Positions 12,812 through 27,010 of a stretch of 64,000 bases of DNA are shown piece by piece (position 1 is the stretch's first letter; every line of letters begins with the position of its first letter). The position numbers were made by a program, and so were the translations under genes. Source of the stretch: Eledone cirrhosa (taxonomy: Eukaryota); contig OZ024740.1 in the NCBI GenBank assembly GCA_964016885.1, positions 112,778,001 to 112,842,000 of the forward strand, given 5' to 3'. Under the pieces are notes generated by a model. That model was not told the DNA's origin and did no database searches. It was given only the letters and a program-made list of their open reading frames with translations.

Positions 12812-13931
<1,120 letters not shown>

Positions 13932-13936
<5 letters not shown>

Positions 13937-14063
13937 ATATATATATATATTTTTTGTATATATATATATATATATATGTGTGTATGTATGTGTGTATGTA
14001 ATTTTGTGTACGTATGTGTATTTTGTATGTATGTGTGTGCATGTGTGTATATATATATGTGTA

Positions 14064-14106
<43 letters not shown>

Positions 14107-14113
14107 GTGTGTG

Positions 14114-14145
<32 letters not shown>

Positions 14146-14545
14146 TGTATGTATGTATGTATGTATGTATGTATGTATGTATGTTTGTATATGTGTGTAT
14201 GTATATATGTGTGTATGAGTGTGTATATATATAAATATATATAAGGTAGTGCGTATGTATGTGTGCGCACGTATGTGTGTGTGTACTGTATGTTTGCGTA
14301 GGCCATACTTGTCCGACCGTATATGGCGCGACTTAATCAGCCGTTATAAGGCTTGTGGCGATATGTATCTAGAAGTGGGTGTGACTGGGTCCGTGGAAGT
14401 GAGGGAGAGCGTGTGTGTGTATATATACATATATGTATGTGTCTGGGTGTGTGTGTGTCTACGCATGTATGCGTACGTGTGTGTATGCACGCATGTGTCT
14501 GTGTCTGCATGTGTGTGTATATGTGTGTGTATATTCGTATGTGTG
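13932..14545. repeat. Compound (TA)/(TG)/(ATGT) microsatellite tract
   Basis: Direct inspection. Confidence 0.85.
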
Positions 14546-15071
14546 GGTGCTTACTCTGGAGTGTGAACAGACGTGTGAGATGCTGAACCCAGCATGACTC
14601 CATTGAAGTGTGTCGGACGGAAAATGGCTGATGACCCGTGTAGCAGTAAATACTGACCAGAACTTAAGATGACGTGGAGTAAAAACAGCCAATGGCATAA
14701 CAAGAGTGGAAGAGGTTTTTTTTTAGGGTGTTTTTTGATGATAACACCCCAGTGATAAAATTTGCTCCGAACGAACTACCCGTGTCTGAAAGAACCTGCA
14801 GCCGTAGAATCAGCCAGATCCATACAGGGACCATGTCTCGAGCTACCTGCCAGCGAAACAATTGTAACACGCAATAAATTAAGTCCAGATGCATCACTGA
14901 TTTTTCGTTTTCTTTATACTATATATAATCAAAGATTAATATGGTTCATTGATTACTCAATGAATGTAGTTTTACAATAGATTAAAAGCACTCTACAAAA
15001 ACATTTCCTGGAATTATTAATATTATTCAGAATATTAATAAATGAAGACATTCACATAATCAAAATATATG

Positions 15072-15133
15072 TTTTATTATATATATTTCGGAGGTACTGT
15101 GTTGTTTTTTCAGTACGTCCTCGTCAGATAAAA
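15072..15133 (-). ncRNA. Type I hammerhead ribozyme, canonical core
   Basis: Minus strand: TTTTAT CTGACGA GGA-C-GTACTG..CAGTAC-C-TCC GAAA TATATA TA ATAAAA. All three stems can be drawn, and stem III is palindromic. Confidence 0.8.
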
Positions 15134-15305
15134 TACATAAATTGATGTATGACATACCTCAACGGTCTTGATAGTTCAATTCCAGTATTGGCAATACTGG
15201 AATTGAACTATCAAGACCGCAAACTGAGCACACAACACACACACAGAAACAAAATGGCATAGGACAGAAGAAAGGAAAGGCACAGAAACAAAGAAAGGAA
15301 TCCCC

Positions 15306-15350
15306 AGTCACTGAAGAGGTCACATAGTGTGTGACGAAAGGACTATGACT
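15306..15350 (+). ncRNA. Minimal type I hammerhead ribozyme
   Basis: AGTCA CTGAAGA G GTCACA tagtg TGTGAC GAAA GGAC TA TGACT. Confidence 0.78.
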
Positions 15351-15508
15351 ATATATAAACAACTATCTGGTTGTGGAACCAACTAACGAACCAGAAATTT
15401 ATAAGTTTGTAGATTTGTAAATTTATAAATTTATAAATATATAATAAATTGAAGTGAAAGCAACTGGTGCGTGTGTTTCTTATTGGCAACATGACCCTCC
15501 CAAAGTAT

Positions 15509-15557
<49 letters not shown>

Positions 15558-16321
15558 TACTAACCTACCCATTATATATCTACTTAACTATCAAGCCACC
15601 AACTAGCAAAGCAACTAAACCACATACATAATAACTAACCCATCTAGCAATCCACACACACACACATACACATACACACACACACACTCTCTCTCTCTTA
15701 CACGCACACGCACATGCACACACACAGACACACAAACGCCCGTATTTACACACATAAGCATACACTCGTACATAAATACATATAATCAGACATCAGACAC
15801 ATGCACACATACATACACACTTACAAATACATATATACACACTTAAAAGCACTCACACAGTGGCACACACAACCGCTCCACTTTATATACCAGAGACTTG
15901 TTGTCTCCAAGTGTTATTTTGAAACTCTTCTGTTCCCTGTAAAACATGGCTGACCGCCTGTTTGTCTGTCGAATCTGTATGCCTGTCTATCCATATGTCT
16001 GCTTGTCTATCTGTCTGTCAATCTGCCGTTTTGCCTGCGTATATGTCTATCTCTCAGCCTGTCTATCTTTCTGCTTCTCTACCTGTCTCTCGCTCTGTCT
16101 ATCTGTCTGTGTGACTGTTTGCCTGTCTCTCTCTCTGTCTGTCTGTCGTTGATAGTAGACGTCTTTCACATCGGCTCTTCGATTTTGAATCATTACTTGG
16201 TTATTTGTGAGTGTATTATTTAAATTGTGTTACTACTGTTGACTCTAACCTCTCGTCTGGGACTGTAGACGTAGAGTAAATATATGTTTGCCCCTTTTGG
16301 GGTGAAAATCTTTAATTTAAA

Positions 16322-18083
16322 ATGTTTATCGATATCGTTGAAAAAGAGGAAGCCATATTGCAAGCTAACGCCACGGCCACCAAAAATAGCGAGAAAGTGG
16401 GAACAACAATTCAAACTGTTGAACAACCCCTCCTCTCGAATGGAAAAAAGACTGTTAATTCGAGTGAAAAGCCAAATTTTGAAAAAAATAACAGGGAAAA
16501 AAATACCACAAAAGATGAAACCAACAACATTGCAACAACAAGCAACAATGAACGAAGCGAAAGCAACAAAGACAGCAAAGTTTATTTTGCCTAAACGGTC
16601 AGGAAAGCTATCAAATACAAGCCCATAGACATTACTAACGCTAAGCAGAACTTGCTAAATGCCAGAAAATACGTATCTTTTGGGGAGGATGGTTCTTTTA
16701 CGATTAACTCCCCAGAAGAAGTTCGTCAACAGGTATATAGGAATACCATAACCTTCAGGACTATATCCAACGCAACAAGAAAGCCAGCTCAATTGACAGA
16801 AAGTCAAATTGAGCTGGTTCTGAAAGACATAAAAAAAGACATACTCTTTATTGAAAGAGGAAAGCTGTATGCCAGCATTATGGTCCGAATGAAGGACGAA
16901 ATGCTGGCTCAAAAATGCTCGGTGGCACCTATAGTGTCACCACATTACACCTTCTTCCCCACATACAAAAGAAGAAGAACACAAAGACTAAGAAGGTGGA
17001 GCTCAACGCCAGAAGTAAACATCTGGTCCGTCCTGACAGAATTCACGGACCTAGAAAAGGACATCCTAATATCAGCAGGTGAGTACACCAGTGGACTGTT
17101 CGGGGGGAAAAGTCTGGAGGTTCTCTTACAGATGACACCTGAGAGAATCGCCGGAATACCCGACCGAGTACTACTGGATGGTCGAACCTTTATTAATATT
17201 ACGGTGGAAGGCAGGAGGCCCTCATGTTACCACTGCGCTGGCAGAGGTCACCTGAGGACTACCTGCCCTCTACTAACAACAAAAAAACCACTGCTACAAA
17301 CACCACAACAACAACAAAAACAACCAGCACCACCACCACAAAAACAACAAAATACACCACCATCACCACCACAACGACAACAAAAAACAACAACACCACC
17401 TCCAGCACCACCACCACAACAACAACATCAACAACAACAGCTCAAGAAAACAACCCAAAACACGGTCCCACCCAGCCCCTCCCCACAGAACACAAATACA
17501 AAAACACACGCAGTGCAAATACAAGCTGGCAATATACCCCTCCCCTCCAATACGGAAGAGGAGCTCATATCCTCGGAAGACGAGGGGGCTCCCTTCCAAA
17601 AAGTTAAAACGAAAAAACGTACATACACCACACAGAGAAAAATAACCCCACCTGACAACACAACACAGACAACAAAACGCAAGCTCACTCAAGAACAACA
17701 AGCAAAAACAAACACAACAACACAAAAAACTCTACACATACATAAACAAAAACACTAAAAACTTAACAGAAAAAATAGACAACAACCCTTCGGTACAAAC
17801 CAAAGGGCCGAATTTTGCAACAGCAACGGGACTCCCTAACCTGAAAATGGTGAAAGTCCCACTTGACATTTTCAAAACATTGAAAAACATTTACCCTGAG
17901 GACGTGGAGCCACCCTGCACCAGGCCACTCAACCGCGTCCTCCTGAAAGGTTTTCCCCTCCCCTCCTCAAACACCCCACAATTCCAAACACCCCAACCCC
18001 TCCACACACTAATAACCCCCACACACCACAACCCCCACCCCATGGAAACTGAACAGCCCGGACCCCGGGACGCAGAGAGGTAA
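16322..18083 (+). pseudogene. Tx1 ORF1 (gag-like zinc knuckle), frameshifted
   Basis: EGRRPSCYHCAGRGHLRTTCP. Similar to ORF1 of elements B and C. Confidence 0.8.
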
Positions 18084-18106
18084 GTGCCTCTTTCTTTACC
18101 ACCAAC

Positions 18107-21100
18107 ATAGCTGTGTTAAGAGTAGGTTGTCTAAATGCGCGTCGCCTGGGCTCACCTTGGAAGCAAGCTAAACTTCTAAATGACCTCAGGTCACGATGTA
18201 TAAATGTGATGGTTATTTGCGAGGCCCGGATCAGCAGCGTGCGACAACTAGCCCCCACCTTTGATGACTTTGAGATGTACGCATCTCTGTCAGCCTGGAG
18301 GTGGGGGTGGGGTTGTGGTTCTGCTGCAAAAACATCTGGGTCTCGCTACACAGACGGTACACTTGGACCCGGAGGGTCGACTCGTGGTTCTAGACCTTGG
18401 CAGTGATGAAGGCGAAGCCTTTAGGCTTGTCGCCGTTTACGCCCCCTTTGGGGCAATGCGGTCGGACTTCTTCCATCGTCTGGAGACTTTTCTAGTGACG
18501 TCCCGCTCCTTGCTTTTAGTGGGGGACTGGAATGGTATCCTAGATGCACGTTGGGACTATGTAGGGGCATGTCCCGATAGAGGGGGGTGTAACAACCTCA
18601 AGGGGCTAATCGGCCGATTTGACCTGGCCGATAGATATCGACTAGATTTTCCGACTGTGCCAACCTGGACTTGGACAAATCATAGCGGTCAATCGAGATC
18701 GTACCTAGATAGGCTCTTAGTTAGAATTAAGGATAGAGACTTTTTAAGTTGTCCAGAAATGCTCATGGTGGGCTATTCAGAGCACAAGTTAGTGATCTGC
18801 GTAGTCCACCTTGATAGAACGCATAGGCAGGGACCCGGTTACTGGAAGCTCAACTTGTCCTTACCGACAAGTAGAGCTTACAGGGACCGGATTAGAACCT
18901 TAGTTAAGGAGCGGTTGACGGGCGCCATCGTCAACAGCAGGTGGTGGGGCTCTCTAAAAAGAGAGATTAGAGTAGTTTCAATAGGAGTTAGTAAGGAGTT
19001 AGCCTCAGATAGGAAGGAAAGGGAGTTGGTAGTTAATGTTGAAGAGGCAATGAGAAGCGGCAACGTGGCCGGAGTGCAAGCGTCGAGAACGGCCTTGAGC
19101 CAGTTCTTCGACGCGAAACACGAAGGCTGCGTTGTCCGAAGCAATATACGTGCTCTGGGAAATGAGGGGACCAAAGCTGTTAGCTGGGCCCGCGTGACAA
19201 AGCCAAAAGTGGGATTAGATCCACTATCCGGTCTTTGCGAGACCAGGATGGACGGGTGATCCTTGAACCTAAGCAAATGTGCGAGGCCTTTCAAAGGCAC
19301 TTTGCCCGATTGTTCGGGAGGGGCGGGGGGGGGGGGGGGCGCCGATTGGAGATGTGGATTTCGGTCCATATCTCGACGACCTGCTGCGTCTTTCAGACAA
19401 GGAGGCGAGGTCCTGCGACGGGCCGATCTCAGCTGCTGAAATAGGGGACGTGCTGAGCCTATGCGTCAAACGCAAATCTCTAGGCCTCGATGGTCTGCCC
19501 TACGAACAATATATTAACATGCCGGACTTGTTCCCCGATCTCCTCGAGGCGGTCTACTGCAACTGGCAACAGAACGGGAGAATTCCCTGTTCTGTGACCA
19601 AGGGTGTAGTCTCGCTAGTGAGGAAGGACGAGAACAAGGGGGATGACATTAGTAATTTTAGACCCATAACTCTGCTAAATGCAGAGTTAAAGATTTTGGC
19701 CAAAGTGTTAGCGAAGAGGTTGGCGCTTGTCGTGGGGGGCCTGGTGGGAGTTGCGCAGACATGCGCTATCCCGTCCAGGTCCATCCACGACAACCTCCAC
19801 CTCATGCGATACAAATTTAGATCAGTCTAAAGCTTTCGATAGGGTGGACCATGGTTACCTAGATGCGGTGCTAGCGGCGGCTGGTTTCGAACCCGTTTTC
19901 AGGAGCTGTTCACTGCCATGCACAGCAGCCGTATCTGCTCTAGAGTCAAGGTGAACGGCTACCTCTCGGAGCCGTTCGAAATCACCCGCTCCATCCGACA
20001 GGGGTGCCCTTTCTCCTCCCTTCTGTATGTATTGGCTCTCGAGCCACTACTGCGGAAGTTGGAGTTGTTGCAGGGCATCCCTTTGGAACCGGTATTGCGC
20101 AAAGCGGTGTCGGCCTACGCCGATGACGTAACAGTAATGGTGTTGACCACCGCGGAAATCGAGGCAATCGGCACCTTACTGGAGGAGTACGAAAGGTTGA
20201 CAGGGGCTAAGCTGAACCGGGACAAGTCAGTCGCTTTGCAACTCGGCGAGTGGAGGGGCAAACCGATGTCGTCCGACGGTATCGTCGGACGGTGGACGGA
20301 GGGCCCGGTGAAGTTGCTTGGGGTGTGGTTCGGACCGGACCCCCAGGTGGAGAATAACTGGGGTGAGGTGACGAATAGGGTGCTTGCACTGACCCAGAAG
20401 TGGGTCGAGCGCAAACTATCCCTGAAAGGTCGGGCGGAGGTGGCGAACGCTTATATAGCGTCTGTCATCTATTAACGCTTGACTGTCGTGCCCTGCCCGG
20501 GTAAGATCGTCGCCAAAGTGGAGCGCGCTCTCTTTCACTTCCTTTGGAAGAAGGGGTTTCCCCTGGTGAGGAGATCCATCTGCTGTCAACACCCTTTGAA
20601 AGGAGGGCTGGGGATGCCGTGGCTAAAAATGCGTAAACACGCATTGAGGCTACGGCACCTCCAGGTATTCCTCACCGATCAACCGGTGTGGGCCCCGTTT
20701 GTGAGGCGAGCCTTCCCGAGGCTCGTCTCGCTCACCGAGCTGAAGTCCTGGGTGAAGCAAAGACCGAGAAAACCGGGCGACTGGCACACCGAGTGTGCCC
20801 AGGCGCTTACGGCTCTCTGGCAGGCGGACCCGGCTATTGGTGGAGACTCCACCTCGTCATTCTATAGAGGGCTGGTGGTTAGAAGGTGCGACGACGTCCT
20901 CGGAGAAACCCTAGGCATGGAGGAGGACGAACTGGCCAGCCTATTCGGTAGGACTTTTGGGCCGGGACTTCCAGAAGTCCTTGGCCTGGCAGTGCTACCG
21001 AGGGGCTCTGCCCGTTCAGGATAAGCTCTACAGACACGGGCGCCCGAGTAGGGACCCTTCGAAAAAGATCTGTCCCAGATGCGTGCGCGACGAGGAAACC

Positions 21101-21486
21101 GTCGCGCACGCATTGGTACACTGCCCGGGCATTGCCGATCTGTGGGGCTATGTTGAACAACTGCTGTCACGGGTGGGACCAATTAGGTTGCCCACCGAGT
21201 CAATTGTAACGATGAAGCACCCCCACCCCTCAAAAATGAAGGAGAGGCGGTCTTCCTCTGTGTAATAGCCATGGTAAAAGAGGTTGTATGGTGGACGCGT
21301 CTAAAAGGGCTGAGGTCGGACACCTTTCTTTCCGGCCAACAACTGGTCCTTTTCTTCCGATGCCATTTCGGAAGAAGGATCAGGATGGAGAGAGAGGTGC
21401 TCCACCCCAGCCAGTTTTATGAAAGGTGGGTGAAAGTTGCGAGAATGGCCCGTGTGAATGGGCCTTCTCTCTACCTCAGCCTGTAG
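18107..21486 (+). pseudogene. Tx1 ORF2 (APE endonuclease, RT), multiple frameshifts
   Basis: GDWN, SYLDR, FRPITLLN, SKAFDRV, RQGCP, YADD, CPRC...HALVHC. Confidence 0.92.
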
Positions 21487-21899
21487 GTGGAAAAGGAAGA
21501 AGGGAGCACCCTCTCTTTGTGCTCCCGTGGAGAAGAGTCGCACATTTTTTTTCGGGGGTGTGTGTGACCCCAAAACGATCCCTCCCTATTGAGGACCTTC
21601 TTGTTACAATTTTATTTATTGCATTTTTCTTACTCGATTTATATGTAACCCCCCTCCCCCCATGTACATGTCCCTTTCTTTTGTGCTCTCGTGGCAAATA
21701 AACAGAAATTTGTCTGTCTGAATGGTGTAAGGAAAGGAGATAAAACATGATTCCTTCTTCCCTTCTCTCAGGTTTTTTATTTATCCCCTTATTTTTCGTT
21801 CTCTTCACCCCCCCCGTCACACGTTTCCCTACTCAAGGGCCCTTTTTCACAATAGTTAGTCCATACTCTCTCTCTCGCGCACTGCCCTTCCGTTGTAGT

Positions 21900-22430
21900 A
21901 CATCACCACCACCAAAACCACAACAACCACAACAACCATAACGACAATGACGACGAAGACCACCGTCACTATCACCACCTAAACCACCAGCACCACCACA
22001 ATTACCATCAGCACCACCACTACAATCACTGCCGTCACCACCACAACTACCACCACAATCAGCATCACTACCACCACCACCACAATCACAACCATCTATA
22101 CCACCACCACAATTACCACTATAATCACCAACACCACCACGCCACTACCATCACCATCACCACCATCACCACCATCATCACCACCACCACCAAACCTCTA
22201 CTATCACCATCACCACCATCACCACCGTCATCACCGCCACCATCACCACCACCACCACACCACTACCGTCACCATCACCACCACACCACTACCATCACCA
22301 CCATCACCACCGTCACCACCACCACCACCACCACATCCACCACCACCACATCCACCACACCACCATAACCACCACCACCACAGCCACCACCTGCTATTCC
22401 AAACCCGACATCCAAATACAACAACAATCA
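21900..22430. repeat. Degenerate (CAC/CAT)n low-complexity tract
   Basis: Direct inspection. Confidence 0.9.
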
Positions 22431-23574
22431 CAGTCAGGACATAGGCTACCGTGAAGGTCAATTAGGCTGCCACCAAATGTGTAAACCTCAGCGAGGCCCG
22501 TTTCTAAATCGTAAAATATTGTTTTATATAAATATGTATAATTAACCATACAAAAGTTTCTTGCTATCAATAAACAAATTGCTAAAATCATTGCCCTGTA
22601 GCAGCGTCGTGGAAATATTCCAAACAGCAGAGAGGGTTTTATATTGTGATATATTACATGATTTGGCATGAGTGAATGTGGGTCGTGTGATGGAAAATGC
22701 AGGCTTAGTAATTTTCTTAGTGTGGTCAAAGTAAGAAGTTCATCTGCTTGACACATTTAAGTTGAAATTATTTCATTTGAGAGAATTGGGCTTATTACTA
22801 ATGAAGGGTGTGCGAATTGTAGAGGTAGTTTAGGGCACAAAGTACCCAAACGCCGACTCTGACCTCAGTTCAAGCTATGCATAACTCTATTAGCTTACAA
22901 CAACAACATCAATGGCGGTCGAATATCAACTACAGAACCATCATTCCCAACTTAGCAAAATACTACAAAGAGCTGCATAAAGTAAATAGGCCGCCACCAG
23001 TTTCCACGATGAGTATTCTAGATGTTCTATTAACGGTTAAATTAACCAAGAGTGGCTGAGTATTCTACAGACAAATATACTTTTAACGCAATTCTCAGGC
23101 AGAATCAGTGTGATACTATATTTGACAAGACTGAACTTTGGAATTACATATACTATCTACCGATGGTCTTCCCTCTATCCACTGTTACTCGCCAGGCTTA
23201 GATGCCATGGTAAGATACACTTGCACAAGATGTCAGGCAGTGGGTTCGAACTCTAGACCCTATGATTACGAAGCGAACTTCTAAACTATTCGACCATGCT
23301 ACGAGTACACACATCTTTCTAGCTTTGGTTATCGTCCAGTAGTAGAGATAGTAGAGGCTAGAATAGAATGCTTTGCAATATTAAGTTACGATCCTGTGTT
23401 CAGATTTTGCTAAGATTGATTTTACCTTTCATCTTGCTTGGGTCGATAAAATAAAATACCTGTCAAGTCCTGGGTCGATTGGATCAATTGCTCCCCATCA
23501 CTTCTCTAATTTATTTTGTATTTTTGTCTTTTGCCTATATTAAGAAATAAATATGATCTTTAATCTGCCATCAA

Positions 23575-24010
23575 CACATTTACCACCACTACCCCCACCA
23601 CCAGCAGTGTCACCACTACGCCCCTCCCCCCACGACTGCCAACACGATAAACCACCACCACCACCACCAGTATTACCACTACCCCACCCACGACTGCCAA
23701 CACGATAAACCACTACCACCACCACCAGCAGTATCACCACTACGCCGCCCCCACCACCACCACCACAACCACTGCCAACACGATAAACCACCACCACCAG
23801 CAGTATCACCACTACGCCGCCCCCACCACCACCATCACAACCACTGCCAACACGATAAACCAACACCACCACCAGCAGTATCACCACTACGCCGCCCCCA
23901 CCACAACCACTGCCAACACGATAAACCAACACGACCACTACCCCATTCCCCATCAGTGTCACCACCACCACTACCACCAGCAGCAAGAGCACTACTACAA
24001 ACACCACCAC
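23575..24010. repeat. About 60-bp minisatellite with core CTGCCAACACGATAAACCA embedded in (CAC)n
   Basis: The core recurs five times, near 23636, 23694, 23771, 23843 and 23909. Confidence 0.85.
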
Positions 24011-25103
24011 CACCACCACAATAACCACCAATAATAACACTACTACCAGCTCCACCTGCCACACCAAATCGCCACTAATATATTCAACAATACCACATAC
24101 CAACACCACCAGGAATACGAACAGCATCGCCACGAACGTCTCCACCATCTCGTTCCTCTTACACACACCCATACTTATTCCCTGTCTGTTGCTGTAACTT
24201 GCCCCTTCGTCTTCAACATGTCCTCACATTAACCCCTTATTTCCTTCACCAACTATCTTATCCCCCACCCCAGATATTGTCCAATAACAACATACCGTTT
24301 CCCTACCCTAATTTCTTATTTCAATATACAGGTTCCTGACATTTTGTCTTTCTTTTCCAGCCTCATTCTTGAACTACTAACCTCACTAGTCATTCTGTGT
24401 CACTGCCTTCATCGCCTTCAACCTACCTCCCCCAACTCCTTCACAACGCCCTGCTTCTATCTCTCTCTACCTCTCTCAATTTCTCTGCCCCTCTCTCGTT
24501 TTCTCTATCCCCTTCTCTCTCACTCTCTCACATATATGCAATTTCTTTCTTTCTACAATTTCTTAGTCTATCTATCTAACTTATTCTCACCTTCCATTCT
24601 ATCTTTCTCCGTTTTACTGTTCTCTTTTGTGTTTTCTCTACCGCGTTTTCTTTCGTTATTTGTTTTTTCCTGTTTTCTTTGTTTGTTTGTTTCTTTCTTT
24701 CACTCACACTCACTCACTCATTCACACTCTCACTTACTCACTCTCTCTACGACTATATATCTCTTTATGTATCTGACTTTCATTCACTTTCCCTAACTTT
24801 CAGTGTCATTCTCTGTGTTTCTGTTCCACTCACCCCGGTCTCTCTATTTCTGCCCCACCTACTACCGTACCTCCTCCCCATCCAGTCACGTATTCTCGTC
24901 TCAACTTATTTCTCACCCTCATTTGTTGACAGCCTGACATTCCACCCACAGCCGGTAGGGACTCTCACACATGCAATATCCTCCTACATATATGGAACCC
25001 GATGGACTCGTAGTGGCGCCGCCATGACACAGTGCGTGTTATGAACATTTTAAAACTGGTGGAGCCCATCCGCTCTCCATGTCGGATCACAAGCACTTTT
25101 CTT

Positions 25104-25140
<37 letters not shown>

Positions 25141-25266
25141 GAAAAAGAGATTTTAGAGGGAGAATGAAAAGTAAAACTGACCCCTGGCAATTCGCCGCCG
25201 CATACGCAATATAGTGAGTTGAAAAACTCGGACCATCTCACTGCAACCAGCCAATAAAGTTAATTT

Positions 25267-25339
25267 ATTCTATGGCGCAATACGGATTAGCACTCAGGAC
25301 TCTGATTCCAGCGATCCGAGCTTGAGTGGCGATAGAATC
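25267..25339 (+). pseudogene. tRNA-Gln(CTG)-like pseudogene
   Basis: TTAGCACTCAGGACTCTGATTCCAGCGATCCGAG matches the eukaryotic tRNA-Gln pattern. Acceptor-like stem ATTCTAT/ATAGAAT. The T-loop lacks TTC. Confidence 0.65.
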
Positions 25340-25426
25340 CGGAGAATGCTTGGAGTTTTATATTATGGTACCATAAAGTAAACTATTGTTGAAAGAACCT
25401 GTTTATATTATTTCTAAGAGCAGGAG

Positions 25427-25833
25427 GGTGGTAATTGGCAGTATCGGTAGAGAGTCGGACACCGTCCTTTGCAGCATAGAGTTACGGCCCTTTATGGTCT
25501 GAGTTAAAAATCCAGCTGAGGTTAACTTTGTCTTTCATCCTTACCGGATCGATAAAATAAAGCACCAGTAATGCACTGGGGTCGATTTAATCGACTTTCC
25601 CCTCGCCCCAAATTACTGGCTTTGTGCCTGTACTAGAAATCATTATCTAAGGGTGGTGAATTGGCAGTATCGGTAGAGGGTCGGACATGCTTTCCAGCAT
25701 AGTTACGTCCCCTTACGATCTGAGTTCAAATCCCGCCGAGGTTAAATTTGCCTTTTATCCTTACGGGGTCGATAAAATAAAGTACCAGTAACACACTGGG
25801 TTAATTGCTGGCCTTGTGCCAAAAGTAGAAACA
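25427..25833 (+). mobile_element. Tandem dimer of tRNA-derived SINE with one 20-bp TSD
   Basis: Two monomers with A-box TGGCAGTATCGG and B-box GAGTTCAAATCC. TSD ATTATTTCTAAG(A/G)GCAGGAG at 25407-25426 and 25834-25853. Confidence 0.85.
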
Positions 25834-26621
25834 ATTATTTCTAAGGGCAGGAGTTTAAACAGTGTAACTGAAAGAAAGGAGAGGGGTGGGAGAAGGAGGG
25901 GTAAACTTCATATCCCTGGCTAGGCAGCATATTTTAGCTGCACCGTGTGGATAAAATAGCGAAAGTATTGCCGCAGAGAATACCCAATACATCAGCCACT
26001 CCACCTCACAGGGCTTTTGCTCAGGCGGGATGCACTCTTCCCGATTTTGTGGAGGAAATGGGGAGTCAGATGAGCGAGTCCATCGGAGTTCTCAACGGCG
26101 ACCGACACCAAACGGAAGCGGTTTTACTAGTCCCTGTATTTGGATATCTTCCTTTTCTTAACGTTACAGGTGGGAGTACCCGGTTTGTGACCAAGGTGAC
26201 GGAGACAAAAACTACATATAATGGTGTTTAAAAAATCTAAAACAAAAAAAGCGCACACCCCTTGAGGGAGTTTTATCTAGTAATTGCATGGAAAAATCTG
26301 AGTTAAACGAAGTTGTTTTTCAAGTAACTACATTATATATCTTGGACCGTGTGTGTGTGTGTGTGTGTGTATTTAGAGTAGAAGGAAACGGTGGAATCCT
26401 GTCGGATGTATATTGCCTGTAAATCAAAGGACCAGTCTTGTCACACATTGTGATGCTGATGATTTTCCTGAGAATACAGTAAAGGTATACATATCTGGCG
26501 AATACTCAACCACATACACGCTAATTCATGAATTGGACTTTCGGTTGATCGGACAAATAGATGCTCATCGTCGAAGCCAACGTAGAGTCCATTCTCATTA
26601 TTATCATCCTTACTGTGTATA

Positions 26622-26720
26622 TAAAATAAAGTACCAGTCACGCACTGGGGTCGATTTAATCGACTTTCCCTCCCCAAAAATTGCTAGCCTTGTGCCAAAA
26701 TCAGAAACTATTATTATCAT
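26622..26720 (+). mobile_element. SINE 3' half
   Basis: AAAATAAAGTACCAGT...CACTGGGGTCGATTTAATCGAC...GCCTTGTGCCAAAATCAGAAACTATTATT. Confidence 0.75.
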
Positions 26721-26823
26721 CCTACAGATGGTAGGCGTTCACATAAGTTTATAATATATTATGGCCGACTCAAAGGTCGACATCTGTCCGCCACTGTATC
26801 TAAATCTTTGATAAACAAATAAT

Positions 26824-27010
26824 TGTTTCTACTTTTGGCACAAGGCCAGCAATTACTCAGTTCATTACTGGTACTTTACTTTATCGACCCCGTAAGGATG
26901 AAAGGCAAAGTTAACCTCGGCGGGATTTGAACTCAGAATGGCAAGGGCCGTAACTCTATGCGTTAAAGCATGGCGTCCGACCCTCTACCGATACTGCCAA
27001 TCCACCGCCC
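26824..27010 (-). mobile_element. Full-length tRNA-derived SINE with 17-bp TSD
   Basis: TSD TTTGATAAACAAATAAT at 26807-26823 and 27011-27027. A and B boxes are on the minus strand. Confidence 0.9.

Larger units (their letters stand above)
16149..21720 (+). mobile_element. Tx1/L1-clade LINE (element A), full length, decayed, flanked by TCTG repeats
   Basis: ORF1 with CCHC knuckle, ORF2 EN-RT-Zn. 3' end AATAAACAGAAATTTGTCTGTCTG, and a (TCTG)-rich 5' flank. Confidence 0.9.

Noticed and set aside
23575-24010. CRISPR-like regularly spaced repeat
   Set aside because: The spacers are mutually similar CAC-rich sequence, the context is eukaryotic and there are no cas genes. It is a minisatellite.
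25267-25339. Functional tRNA gene
   Set aside because: The T-arm/B-box is degenerate, so it is reported as a pseudogene.
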